Source of the DNA: Bacteroidota bacterium
GTDB taxonomy: Bacteria; Bacteroidota; Bacteroidia; Flavobacteriales; Flavobacteriaceae
DNA length: 40,472 bases
NCBI GenBank assembly: GCA_039804545.1
Contig: JBDLVY010000044.1
Location: 1 to 40,472, forward strand
Direction of reading: 5' to 3'
The translations under genes were made by a program, and so were the position numbers. Numbering within the stretch: position 1 is the stretch's first letter; every line of letters begins with the position of its first letter. Shown piece by piece: positions 19,991-28,974 of this stretch. Below the pieces are notes generated by a model, which was not told the DNA's origin, did not search any database, and saw nothing but the letters and a program-made list of their open reading frames with translations.

Positions 19991-20488
19991 ATGGGGCAAA
20001 ATATCATTCTTCAACATCAGGAAATAGAACACAAAATAAGACGTATTGCTTATCAGATTTATGAAACTTTTGCCGATGAACAGGAAATAGTGTTGGCAGG
20101 CATAGCCAATAACGGGTACCTTTTGGCCGAAAAAATTAGTGCTGTTTTAAGCCAAATTTCCGACATAAAAATCGTTTTGTGTGAGGTAAAGATAGACAAG
20201 CAAAACCCCTTTAATCCGATTTCTACTTCTATCGACAAAGAAGCTTACAGCCATAAAAATTTGGTTTTGGTAGATGATGTATTGAACTCCGGAACCACTT
20301 TGGTTTATGGGGTTAAACATTTTTTAGAAGTACCAATAAAGAAGTTTAAAACCGTAGTTTTAATCGATAGAAACCATAAAAAATATCCTGTCAAAGCCGA
20401 TTTCAAAGGCATCTCCCTTTCTACTTCTTCTAAAGAGCATGTACATGTGGTATTTGAGGCCAACAATAACTACGCTTACCTAGTTTAA
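19991..20488 (+). CDS. Phosphoribosyltransferase, PyrR-like
   Basis: IRRIAYQIYE, VLVDDVLNSGTT PRPP loop, LIDRNHKKYPVKADF; ATG at 19991. Confidence 0.88.
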   Translation: MGQNIILQHQEIEHKIRRIAYQIYETFADEQEIVLAGIANNGYLLAEKISAVLSQISDIKIVLCEVKIDKQNPFNPISTSIDKEAYSHKNLVLVDDVLNSGTTLVYGVKHFLEVPIKKFKTVVLIDRNHKKYPVKADFKGISLSTSSKEHVHVVFEANNNYAYLV

Positions 20489-20998
20489 AAGGGCTTCTAT
20501 TTCAACTATTATATCCTCAGGCGTTTTACCGTCGGTATTAATTTTGAAAGTAGCCTGATTGTAGTAATAACTGCGGTCAAACAGGTTTTTAGCAATAAAC
20601 TCTTTGAGTTCTTCTTGCGTTTGATTAGCCACCAAAGGTCTTCCAGCGGTGTTATGTGTGAGTCGGTTATAAAGGTTTTCAATACTTGCATACAGGTAAA
20701 TTGAAACCACGTTGTTGTCATTGAGCAAAAGATGATTATTGGCATAACAAGGTGTCCCTCCACCGGTACTAATGACAAGTTGTTCTTCTGCATTAATTAT
20801 CTTTTTAAATTCGAGGTGTTCTTGCTTTCTAAAAAAGATTTCGCCTTTCTCTTTAAAAATATCCGACACGGACAATTTTACATTGCTTTCGATTATTTTA
20901 TCTAAATCAACCCACTTCATCTGCCTTTTTTCAGCCAAGATTTTGCCGATAGTAGACTTACCGACTGCCATATACCCTACTAAAATAATTTTCTGCAT
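20480..20998 (-). CDS. aroK: Shikimate kinase
   Basis: GYMAVGKST, DLD, GE..FR..E, STGGG, RPL. Confidence 0.95.
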   Translation of the reverse strand: MQKIILVGYMAVGKSTIGKILAEKRQMKWVDLDKIIESNVKLSVSDIFKEKGEIFFRKQEHLEFKKIINAEEQLVISTGGGTPCYANNHLLLNDNNVVSIYLYASIENLYNRLTHNTAGRPLVANQTQEELKEFIAKNLFDRSYYYNQATFKINTDGKTPEDIIVEIEALLN

Positions 20999-21069
20999 TG
21001 CAATAAAACCTTATAAATTAAGCCCTTAAGACCCATTCCTAAAAAAAGGCAAATTTATACTAAAATTGC

Positions 21070-21101
21070 TTTGAAATATAAATAATAAGGTCTTATATTT
21101 G
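21070..21101 (+). promoter_or_regulatory. Bacteroidota housekeeping promoter of the tRNA pair
   Basis: TTTG (21070-73), 20 nt spacer, TATATTTG (21094-101). Confidence 0.7.
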
Positions 21102-21180
21102 CACCCGCAATTAAGCCGCAAGGTGAATCACTGAATTCCTATTAAATAGACGTCAGTGAAGTATTCAAAAAAAGAAAAAA

Positions 21181-21253
21181 GACTCGATAGCTCAGTTGGT
21201 AGAGCACAACACTTTTAATGTTGGGGTCCTGGGTTCGAGCCCCAGTCGGGTCA
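21181..21253 (+). tRNA. tRNA-Lys (anticodon TTT)
   Basis: GACTCGA/TCGGGTC acceptor stem, CAACA-CTTTTAA-TGTTG anticodon arm, GTTCGAG T loop. Confidence 0.96.
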
Positions 21254-21293
21254 CAAAAAGTCGAACAGCTATTGTTTGACTTTTTTTGTTTAA

Positions 21294-21375
21294 GGCCACG
21301 TGGAGAAATTGGTAGACTTGCCATCTTGAGGGGGTGGTGTCGCAAGACGTGTGGGTTCGAATCCCATCGTGGTCA
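21294..21375 (+). tRNA. tRNA-Leu (anticodon GAG)
   Basis: GGCCACG/CGTGGTC acceptor stem, CCATC-TTGAGGG-GGTGG arm, long variable arm, GTTCGAATC. Confidence 0.95.
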
Positions 21376-21398
21376 CAGAATAGTATTTAAATTACCTC

Positions 21399-21433
21399 AA
21401 AACCCCGTAAAACGTATGTTTTTCGGGGTTTTT
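21399..21433 (+). terminator. Terminator after tRNA-Leu
   Basis: AAAACCCCG...CGGGGTTTTT. Confidence 0.7.
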
Positions 21434-21476
21434 ATTTTCCCAACATATTAAAATCAATCTTTTATTCGCAATGCTT

Positions 21477-21526
21477 TAGGGGTACAATTCGGGGTACCTT
21501 GATTGTGATAATTTTATGTACCCCTA
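21477..21526. promoter_or_regulatory. Putative integrase arm-type binding sites
   Basis: GGGGTAC at 21479 and 21491 (direct, 12 bp apart); TAGGGGTACA/TGTACCCCTA 10-bp inverted pair. Confidence 0.5.
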
Positions 21527-21628
21527 TTAAACTGTTAACCCCAGTGAAATCAGCTTGTTCAGAAAATGAACATCTTGTTTTGCTTTGATACTTAATGTAA
21601 ATTATTAATATCAAAAAGGTCACCACTA

Positions 21629-22858
21629 ATGGATGCAAACATCGCCAACATCTTTTATATCAAAAGAGCCAAACCCAACAGTAAAGGACTAGTTCCAATT
21701 TTTCAACGCATTACTATCGGGGGACAACGAATCGAGCGGAGCACAGGAAAGTATATTGCCGCCGAGCTATGGTCTCCATATGAAGCAAAATTGAGAGGTA
21801 AGACAGAACACACCCGTTCAATTAATAATCATCTTCACAAACTCCTTAACGAAGTTTTAGAAGCCGAAAAAGATTTAATTCTCCATCGCAAGGAAGTCAA
21901 TTACTTCAATATGAAAAACATATTGACGGGTAAAGGCGAAAAAGAGAGAACTATTGTTCCCATATTTCAAGAACATAATGATAGAATTCAGGCATTAGTT
22001 CCAACCGGGGAATTTGCACAAGGAACTGTCGAACGCTATAAAACAACTCTTAATCATTTCAAAAGTTTCTTAGAATCAAAATTTAAAGTAGCTGACATAG
22101 CTATTGACAAGATAGATTATGCCTTTATCATGGATTTTGATTTTTTCCTGAGAACTCAACGTGCTTGCAAAAATAATACGAGCATTAAGTACGTTAAAAA
22201 CTTTCAAAAAATATTCAACATCTGTTTAAATAACGAATGGGTAACAAAGGATGTTTTCAAAAAATACAAACCAAAGCCTACGGCTGTCGATCGTGATTTT
22301 CTAATAGAGCCTGAACTACAGATAATTCAATCTAAAGAATTTAAAACCTTTAGATTAGTTCTGGTTAGGGATATATATATTTTCAGTTGCTATACTGGCC
22401 TTGCCTATGTTGACGTCCAAAACTTATCCCCTGCCAATATCTCTATGGGAATAGACGGTTCAAAATGGATTTTTACCAACCGTGAAAAAACCGAAGGTCC
22501 ATCTCACATTCCAATTCTACCTATCGTCGAAGAACTAATTGAAAAGTATAAAAATCATCCAAAAGCAGTTAACAAAAACCGCGTGATGCCGATTCTAAGC
22601 AATCAACGAATGAACAGTTATTTACGAGAAATAGCAGATGTTTGCGGTATAAACAAAGAGCTTACTTTTCACACTGCCCGGCATACATTTGCAACAACTG
22701 TAACGCTTTCTAATGGCGTTCCTCTGGAAAGCGTAAGCAAGATGCTTGGACACAGAAGTATAAAATCAACTCAAATTTATGCCCGCGTTTTGGATATAAA
22801 AGTTAGTAGAGATATGCACGACTTAAAAGAAAAACTAACCTCAAGTATGGTTGGGTAA
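21629..22858 (+). CDS. Tyrosine site-specific integrase (Bacteroidota IntDOT-like)
   Basis: N-terminal arm-binding-like region, SAM-like core, FSCYTGLAY, REKT, HTARH, LGH, TQIYA. Confidence 0.95.
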   Translation: MDANIANIFYIKRAKPNSKGLVPIFQRITIGGQRIERSTGKYIAAELWSPYEAKLRGKTEHTRSINNHLHKLLNEVLEAEKDLILHRKEVNYFNMKNILTGKGEKERTIVPIFQEHNDRIQALVPTGEFAQGTVERYKTTLNHFKSFLESKFKVADIAIDKIDYAFIMDFDFFLRTQRACKNNTSIKYVKNFQKIFNICLNNEWVTKDVFKKYKPKPTAVDRDFLIEPELQIIQSKEFKTFRLVLVRDIYIFSCYTGLAYVDVQNLSPANISMGIDGSKWIFTNREKTEGPSHIPILPIVEELIEKYKNHPKAVNKNRVMPILSNQRMNSYLREIADVCGINKELTFHTARHTFATTVTLSNGVPLESVSKMLGHRSIKSTQIYARVLDIKVSRDMHDLKEKLTSSMVG

Positions 22859-23098
22859 TACATAGGCTTATCACCAATAATACTAAAATTTATAATTTTA
22901 GATTCTTACTTACAAGTCAACTTAATAAAATTCACTTTTATAAATATAGTGAGTATATTTAACAATTGTTAATCGTTAAAATCAAAATATCTTTTCGAAT
23001 TTTATTAAAAATTTATAATGAAGAAAATTACCAACTTTAATGCTACATCAAATCATTTGAAGTAATTATTATAAATCTAACAATTTAAAATAAAAAAC

Positions 23099-24271
23099 AT
23101 GTTCTTTGATTTTGATGTAAAAAGCGCTCTTTTATTGGTTTTCTTCATCCATGGAATTGTTTTCTCTATTTTACTATGGATAAAAGGAAAAGAAGATGAT
23201 GACAAGCCAAGCATCTGGCTTAGTGTATTTACAATACTTTGCGCACTCTACATATCCCCATTTATGCTCGGCTATGCCGGTTGGTATTCTAAGGCTAATT
23301 ACCGGGACATACTGTTTTATGTTCCTTTTCAACAACTTTTTCTTTTGCCTCCGCTATTTTATTACTATTTTAGAACACTTCTTGATAAATCATTTATCTT
23401 TTCAAAAAGAGAGATTATCCATTTTTTGCCGGCTATGCTATATCTTCTCTATTCAGTTGTCATTTTTATCACTGACAAAATTGTGTTAAAGGAATATTAC
23501 TTTTACCAAGATGGGAAAGACAAGGATTTGTCAACTTGGTATCAAGTATCCGGATTTATTTCATTAACTTTCTATTTAGTACTCAGTCTAAAAATTTACA
23601 TAAAATATAAAAAAATCACCTATAATACACTGAGTTTCGCGGACTCTTTAAGATTTAATTGGGCTAAAAGATTCTTGTTAGCGTTCTTACTGCTATTGAC
23701 CGTTAGAGGTTTGTTTTTCATTATAAATCCGGAGTGGGGAGAATTTGGAAAAAAATTCTGGTACTACCTCTGTTTCTCTATACTATTCTATTACATTTCA
23801 ATCAGTGGATATGTCAATTCAATCCGCTCAGTCACCTCTTTTAAAAATCTCAAGTCAGATCAGGAGCCAATTAAATCATTGGGGGATAACTTAAATCTCA
23901 CCGCTGAAAAGAATGAAATCCAAGACCTAACTCTTTGGAAAGAAAAAATAGAAAATTTGATGCTGGTTGACAAACTTTATGAAAATCCGGAATTAACAAT
24001 AGCTCATTTGTGCAACAAAACCGGCACCCATTCCAAAAAAATATCTCAGGTAATCAATCAAGGTTTTGAAATGAACTTTAATGATTTTGTAAATCATTAC
24101 CGAATAAAGGCGGTGATAAACAAAATGGAAAAAGGGGAACACTATACAATAACACTCTTAGGTATTGCGTTTGATTGTGGTTTTAATTCAAAGTCTACAT
24201 TCAATAGATCTTTCAAAAGAAACACTAAGTTGTCGCCAAAAGAATACATTGAAAAACACTTCCAAAAATAG
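23099..24271 (+). CDS. Membrane-anchored AraC-family regulator
   Basis: About 7 N-terminal transmembrane segments; C-terminal LYENPELT..NFNDFVNHYR..IAFDCGFNSKSTFNRSFK. Confidence 0.92.
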   Translation: MFFDFDVKSALLLVFFIHGIVFSILLWIKGKEDDDKPSIWLSVFTILCALYISPFMLGYAGWYSKANYRDILFYVPFQQLFLLPPLFYYYFRTLLDKSFIFSKREIIHFLPAMLYLLYSVVIFITDKIVLKEYYFYQDGKDKDLSTWYQVSGFISLTFYLVLSLKIYIKYKKITYNTLSFADSLRFNWAKRFLLAFLLLLTVRGLFFIINPEWGEFGKKFWYYLCFSILFYYISISGYVNSIRSVTSFKNLKSDQEPIKSLGDNLNLTAEKNEIQDLTLWKEKIENLMLVDKLYENPELTIAHLCNKTGTHSKKISQVINQGFEMNFNDFVNHYRIKAVINKMEKGEHYTITLLGIAFDCGFNSKSTFNRSFKRNTKLSPKEYIEKHFQK

Positions 24272-24339
24272 GGGTCAAATCGTGATTTAAAGCGAATTAT
24301 TGTTTTAAAGTAATCAGTTTTGTCTAAAATTAGTAAACT

Positions 24340-26001
24340 ATGAAAATAACATTTTTGGCAATCCTGTATTATACAATTAGTTCAAATAGCCTAACCTATG
24401 GGCAAAATCAAACGGAATTCACCGTTAATCAATTAAAGAAACTTGATTCAATAGCAATCCAAGATGTACCAAAATCAGCACCTGGAATAGCAACCGGTAT
24501 AGTCAGTAATGGAAAAATAATTTATGAAAAAGTGGCTGGCTTTGCTAATTTAAAAGACAGCACGTTAATTACTAAAGATACCCGATTCAATATTGCCTCC
24601 AACGGAAAACAATTTACTGCACTGACAATCCTTATTCTGGCTGAGGAAAAAAAAATAAATCTTGAGGAGGATTTTAGAAAATACATACCAACTATTCTGC
24701 CCAATCTAAAATCAAAAATAACAATTGAAAATCTACTAAACCATTCCAGTGGTATTCGTGATGTTTATGACCTGTGGTCACTACAAGGCTTAACTTGGTG
24801 GAAAGAATCTTTTAGCAATAACGATGCTTTACAATTAATAGAAAAACAACAGGAACTAAATTTTATTCCCGGAACAAAATATTCGTACAGCAACACCAAT
24901 TACATACTGTTGGCAATTATTGTAGAAAAGGTAACGGGAAAATCTTTTACTGAATACACCGATAACATGTTTAAAAACTTAAATATGCCCAATACTTCTT
25001 TTGAAAACAATTACACCAACATTCGCGAACCAATAGCCAAAGCCTATTTTAACTTTACTACTTGGCAAACTTATGATTGGAAATGGAATGTCTGTGGAGA
25101 TGGAAATCTATTTTCAACATTAACAGACCAACTCCAATGGGAGCTAATTCTTCAGGGCTGTGTAAATTCGAAAATAAAAAGAAAAATTTTAGACAAAAGT
25201 CAACAATTAACCAATAATGAAACCATAAAAAATTACGGTTATGGTCTAGAATTCGGTAATTATAAAGGGCTTAATTACAATTTCCATGAAGGAGCCACCG
25301 GTGCCTGGAAAGCTACAGTAGTAAGATTTCCGGAGAAAAAAATCGCGGTTATTACGCTAACAAATACAGGAAAATGCACTCCGGACACTCAAACCCGTCA
25401 AATGGCAGACGTAGTTTTAGGAATAAAAAATGACACTTCCACTTTTATCACCAAACCTGCTAAAACAGGAAATTTTATCAATGAGGATGATATCATCGGA
25501 ATATATCAAACTGAAAGTAATTTTACTTTTCAATTCGAAAAACAAGATGGCATTCTTTACCTTAAACGAAACGGTCGTAATGATGTAAAATTAGAACGCG
25601 AAGCGGATAATATTTGGCACCAAACTTATGACCCAGCCTTTAAACAAGAATTTAAAGTAAACAATAAAGAAGAAATGGAAGTAACGGCATATTATACATC
25701 ACATGAGCCTTATACACTAACGAAATTAAATAGCAATTGGACAAATTTTGACTTCAGTGCACTTAGTGGAAAATATCTTAATACAGAAACCAAGGTAACA
25801 ATAGAAATCAAATTTATAAACAATAAGAATTATGATATTAAAGTAGGATCGAAAGACAGCAGTAAAGGACTTTTAATTTCTCCTACTAAACTATTGGTTG
25901 ACAATTACATATTGGAAATAGAGGAAACAATGAACATACCAAAGGTACTCCTACTTCAATCAAACAGAATTCAAAAAGTAAAATTCATCCGAGTAGAGTA
26001 A
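24340..26001 (+). CDS. Serine hydrolase, beta-lactamase/PBP (AmpC-like, S12) fold
   Basis: SxxK (ASNGK), LLNHSSG, YSN, HEG. Confidence 0.9.
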   Translation: MKITFLAILYYTISSNSLTYGQNQTEFTVNQLKKLDSIAIQDVPKSAPGIATGIVSNGKIIYEKVAGFANLKDSTLITKDTRFNIASNGKQFTALTILILAEEKKINLEEDFRKYIPTILPNLKSKITIENLLNHSSGIRDVYDLWSLQGLTWWKESFSNNDALQLIEKQQELNFIPGTKYSYSNTNYILLAIIVEKVTGKSFTEYTDNMFKNLNMPNTSFENNYTNIREPIAKAYFNFTTWQTYDWKWNVCGDGNLFSTLTDQLQWELILQGCVNSKIKRKILDKSQQLTNNETIKNYGYGLEFGNYKGLNYNFHEGATGAWKATVVRFPEKKIAVITLTNTGKCTPDTQTRQMADVVLGIKNDTSTFITKPAKTGNFINEDDIIGIYQTESNFTFQFEKQDGILYLKRNGRNDVKLEREADNIWHQTYDPAFKQEFKVNNKEEMEVTAYYTSHEPYTLTKLNSNWTNFDFSALSGKYLNTETKVTIEIKFINNKNYDIKVGSKDSSKGLLISPTKLLVDNYILEIEETMNIPKVLLLQSNRIQKVKFIRVE

Positions 26002-26024
26002 GTACTTTTAAGAACATAGTAAAG

Positions 26025-27827
26025 ATGAAAAAAATAACGCCATTCCTTTTTATACTGATAATCACTCAGATTATTGCTCAAAATAAGACCGTATCCAACA
26101 GAATTATTCAAGTTGAAAACAACCTAATGCCATTCGTACCGGTTAAAGATTTTGCGGGTTGGAATATATTGGAGAGAATGAAATATTATAAAGTTCCGGG
26201 AGTAAGCATTGCCGTGATTAAAGATTATAAAATCGATTGGGCAAAAGGATATGGTTTAGCTGACACCATAGCTAAAACTCCGGTAACAACAAAAACCATG
26301 TTTTCTGCAGGTTCTATCAGCAAATTTGTAATGGCTGTAACAGCCCTAAAAATGGTTGAGAACGGTGAAATAGACTTGGAAAAACCCATCAATAATTATT
26401 TTACCTCTTGGAAAATTACTGAAAATGAATTCACCAAAAAGACACCCGTAACCTTAAGAATGCTATTAAGCCATTCTGCAGGAACTTCACAGTCATCTTA
26501 TTTTGGCTTCACACCAACACAACCACTTCCAACAATTCTGGAGATTTTAAATGGGGCAAAAATATCAGAAACAAGACCGGTGGTCGTGAATAGCGAACCA
26601 AACAAAGAATTTCGTTATTCCGGTGGTGGCAGTATGATAGCCCAAATGGCCTTAATGGATGTTTCTAAAAAAAGTTTTGCTTCTTTAACGCAACAACTTC
26701 TTTTTGACAAGCTGAACATGAATAATTCAACTTTTGAACAACCGGTTCCTCTACAATTTGAACAACAAACAGCCTGGGCTTATTCATCAGCTTCTTGGTT
26801 CAAAGGAATGCCTTACGTTTATCCTCAGCAAGCCGCGGCCGGACTTTATTCAACACCAACTGACTTAGCCAAGTTTTATATTGACATCCAAAAATCATAC
26901 AGAGGAAAAGGAAAAATATTGAATCAAGCAACAACAACAAAAATGCTTACACCACAACACAATGTCTCAGATGGTGCTTATAAAGAACAAATTGGAATCG
27001 GTCCCTTTCTAATGCAACGAAGCGATAACAAAGACCCAAACGGCGTTTATTTTGAGTTCACAGGCGTAAATGCAGGATTTTTAGCCTTCGGAATGGCTAG
27101 CATAACTAATGGAAATGGGGTCATCATTATGTTAAATTCAGGAGATGATGTAAATGGATTGGGCAAAGAAATCAGAAGAGCTGTAGCCAAAGTGTATAAT
27201 TGGACTAACTTTTTACCCGATGAAATTAAACCAATTAATCTATCCGATTCCGAATTAGACAAATTCGTCGGACGTTACAGAATGAGTGCAAACGAAGTGC
27301 TTTACATACGAAAAGAGAAAAATTATTTGATAGAAAACATTAACGAAGGCAATGATATTTACTGTTTTCCTATCGAAAAAGACACTATAGTCTTTACTGA
27401 CTACAATATAAAAGCCGGTTTCAAAAGAAATGAAAAAGGCGATGTCATTGCTTTGCAAAACATTTACCAGGAAAAACCAATGCCCAAAATGGCTGATGAT
27501 GAATTTTCCCCGAATGAGTATTTGAAAATGAAAAAGTATAGTGAAGCAAAAAAAGGATTCAGTGAAATGAAGATGAATGAATATCAAATAACTTATCTGG
27601 CTTATGATTTACTCTCTAAAAGGACTTTAGATAGTCTGGCGGTTAGGACGGTTTTAGAATTGGCTTCTGAACAGCATCCTAATGCCGCTATCGTATTCAG
27701 TCGTTGGGGTGACTACTATTTAAAAATTAATGATAAATCCAATGCTATCAAAAACTATGAAAAAGCATTAGAACTTGACCCACTAGATGATCAGACAATA
27801 GATACCCTAAAAAGTTTACTCAATTAA
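26025..27827 (+). CDS. Serine hydrolase, beta-lactamase fold, with C-terminal TPR
   Basis: GSISK, LLSHSAG, YSGGG, AAAGLYST; TPR-like 'WGDYYLK...AIKNYEKALELDP'. Confidence 0.9.
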   Translation: MKKITPFLFILIITQIIAQNKTVSNRIIQVENNLMPFVPVKDFAGWNILERMKYYKVPGVSIAVIKDYKIDWAKGYGLADTIAKTPVTTKTMFSAGSISKFVMAVTALKMVENGEIDLEKPINNYFTSWKITENEFTKKTPVTLRMLLSHSAGTSQSSYFGFTPTQPLPTILEILNGAKISETRPVVVNSEPNKEFRYSGGGSMIAQMALMDVSKKSFASLTQQLLFDKLNMNNSTFEQPVPLQFEQQTAWAYSSASWFKGMPYVYPQQAAAGLYSTPTDLAKFYIDIQKSYRGKGKILNQATTTKMLTPQHNVSDGAYKEQIGIGPFLMQRSDNKDPNGVYFEFTGVNAGFLAFGMASITNGNGVIIMLNSGDDVNGLGKEIRRAVAKVYNWTNFLPDEIKPINLSDSELDKFVGRYRMSANEVLYIRKEKNYLIENINEGNDIYCFPIEKDTIVFTDYNIKAGFKRNEKGDVIALQNIYQEKPMPKMADDEFSPNEYLKMKKYSEAKKGFSEMKMNEYQITYLAYDLLSKRTLDSLAVRTVLELASEQHPNAAIVFSRWGDYYLKINDKSNAIKNYEKALELDPLDDQTIDTLKSLLN

Positions 27828-27917
27828 AAATTTAAAAATGGTGGCGTAAAATTATCCTATCAACCCATACTCAAAGCACTTAAACCATTACTTTTTCTAA
27901 ATAAAAAACCCCTATTT

Positions 27918-27974
27918 AATTCCCGAATCCAACACCATAACGTTTGATTCGGGAATTCTTCTTCTATAGTTTTG
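27918..27974 (+). promoter_or_regulatory. Promoter with an overlapping 12-bp inverted repeat (putative operator)
   Basis: TTTG (27943-46), 20 nt, TAGTTTTG (27967-74); AATTCCCGAATC-N16-GATTCGGGAATT at 27918-27957. Confidence 0.6.
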
Positions 27975-27993
27975 CTGCTTATTCCTTCACTGC

Positions 27994-28896
27994 ATGCAAA
28001 GCCAATCCTACCAACAACGGATGAAAAATATCTACCAGATGCTATTTGAATTAGCAACTGGTAACTTGGCTTATAGAATAGAACCAACAGAGGAGAATGA
28101 TGAGTTAGATGAGCTAAGTAGCGTACTCAATATCTTGGGACTCACACTACAAAATACTATTGCAAAATCAGGTCACGTTATCCCTTATTACAATTATCAA
28201 AGTGTTATCCAAAATACATATATAATTAGCGAAGAATATAATATCAATAGCTTTAGTGCTTCAGTCATTTCTAATCTCGGTTATTTTCCAGATACTCTAA
28301 ACAAAATGACATTTGATGAAATAATAGCTCCCCAATCATTAGATATTTGGCAAAGCATAAAACAGGAAATTCAAAATAATGAAGATTATCATAACACAGT
28401 CCAATTAGTTTTAGTAACGGGAAATAAAAAGTTACTCCCATTACACTTCACAATATCTAAATTACTTCAGAGGAATGAAATTATAATAACTTCTGTTACA
28501 ACAGTACTTCAGGATTCTCTTGGTGATACTTTTAATTCAAACAACAAACTAACTCCACGCTCAAAAGATTCCGCGATTATTCAAAACGTGTACAACTACA
28601 TCATAAACAATCTCGAAGAACCACTTCCCTCTGTCAAAACTTTAGCAAAAATGTTTGGCTCAAACGAATTTAAACTGAAAGAAGGATTCCGAAACCTTTT
28701 CAACACAAGTATTTATCAGCTCTACAACGAAGAACGCCTTAAAAAGGCACACAACTTAATTCAAGAAACCAATTTATCCTTAAAAGAAATCGCCTTTATG
28801 AGTGGTTTCAACTCCTACCTCAACTTTTACAAAGCATTCAAAAAAAAATACCACTACGCGCCCAGTGAACTCAGTAGAGAAACCTATTTAGAATAG
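27994..28896 (+). CDS. AraC-family regulator with HAMP-like/PAS-like N-terminus
   Basis: C-terminal LPSVKTLA..NEFKLKEGF..LKEIAFMSGF..FYKAFKKKY..PS; N-terminal ELATGNLAYRI..ELDEL. Confidence 0.88.
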   Translation: MQSQSYQQRMKNIYQMLFELATGNLAYRIEPTEENDELDELSSVLNILGLTLQNTIAKSGHVIPYYNYQSVIQNTYIISEEYNINSFSASVISNLGYFPDTLNKMTFDEIIAPQSLDIWQSIKQEIQNNEDYHNTVQLVLVTGNKKLLPLHFTISKLLQRNEIIITSVTTVLQDSLGDTFNSNNKLTPRSKDSAIIQNVYNYIINNLEEPLPSVKTLAKMFGSNEFKLKEGFRNLFNTSIYQLYNEERLKKAHNLIQETNLSLKEIAFMSGFNSYLNFYKAFKKKYHYAPSELSRETYLE

Positions 28897-28974
28897 TCAT
28901 TATACTGATTTGAATATAGCCAACTATTTGTATTTCTGAATTTTACATCAGAAACAAACAAAAAACAAATTCAA

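Noticed and set aside
21142-21451. Two short ORFs over the tRNAs
   Set aside because: They are artefacts of the tRNA-Lys and tRNA-Leu sequence
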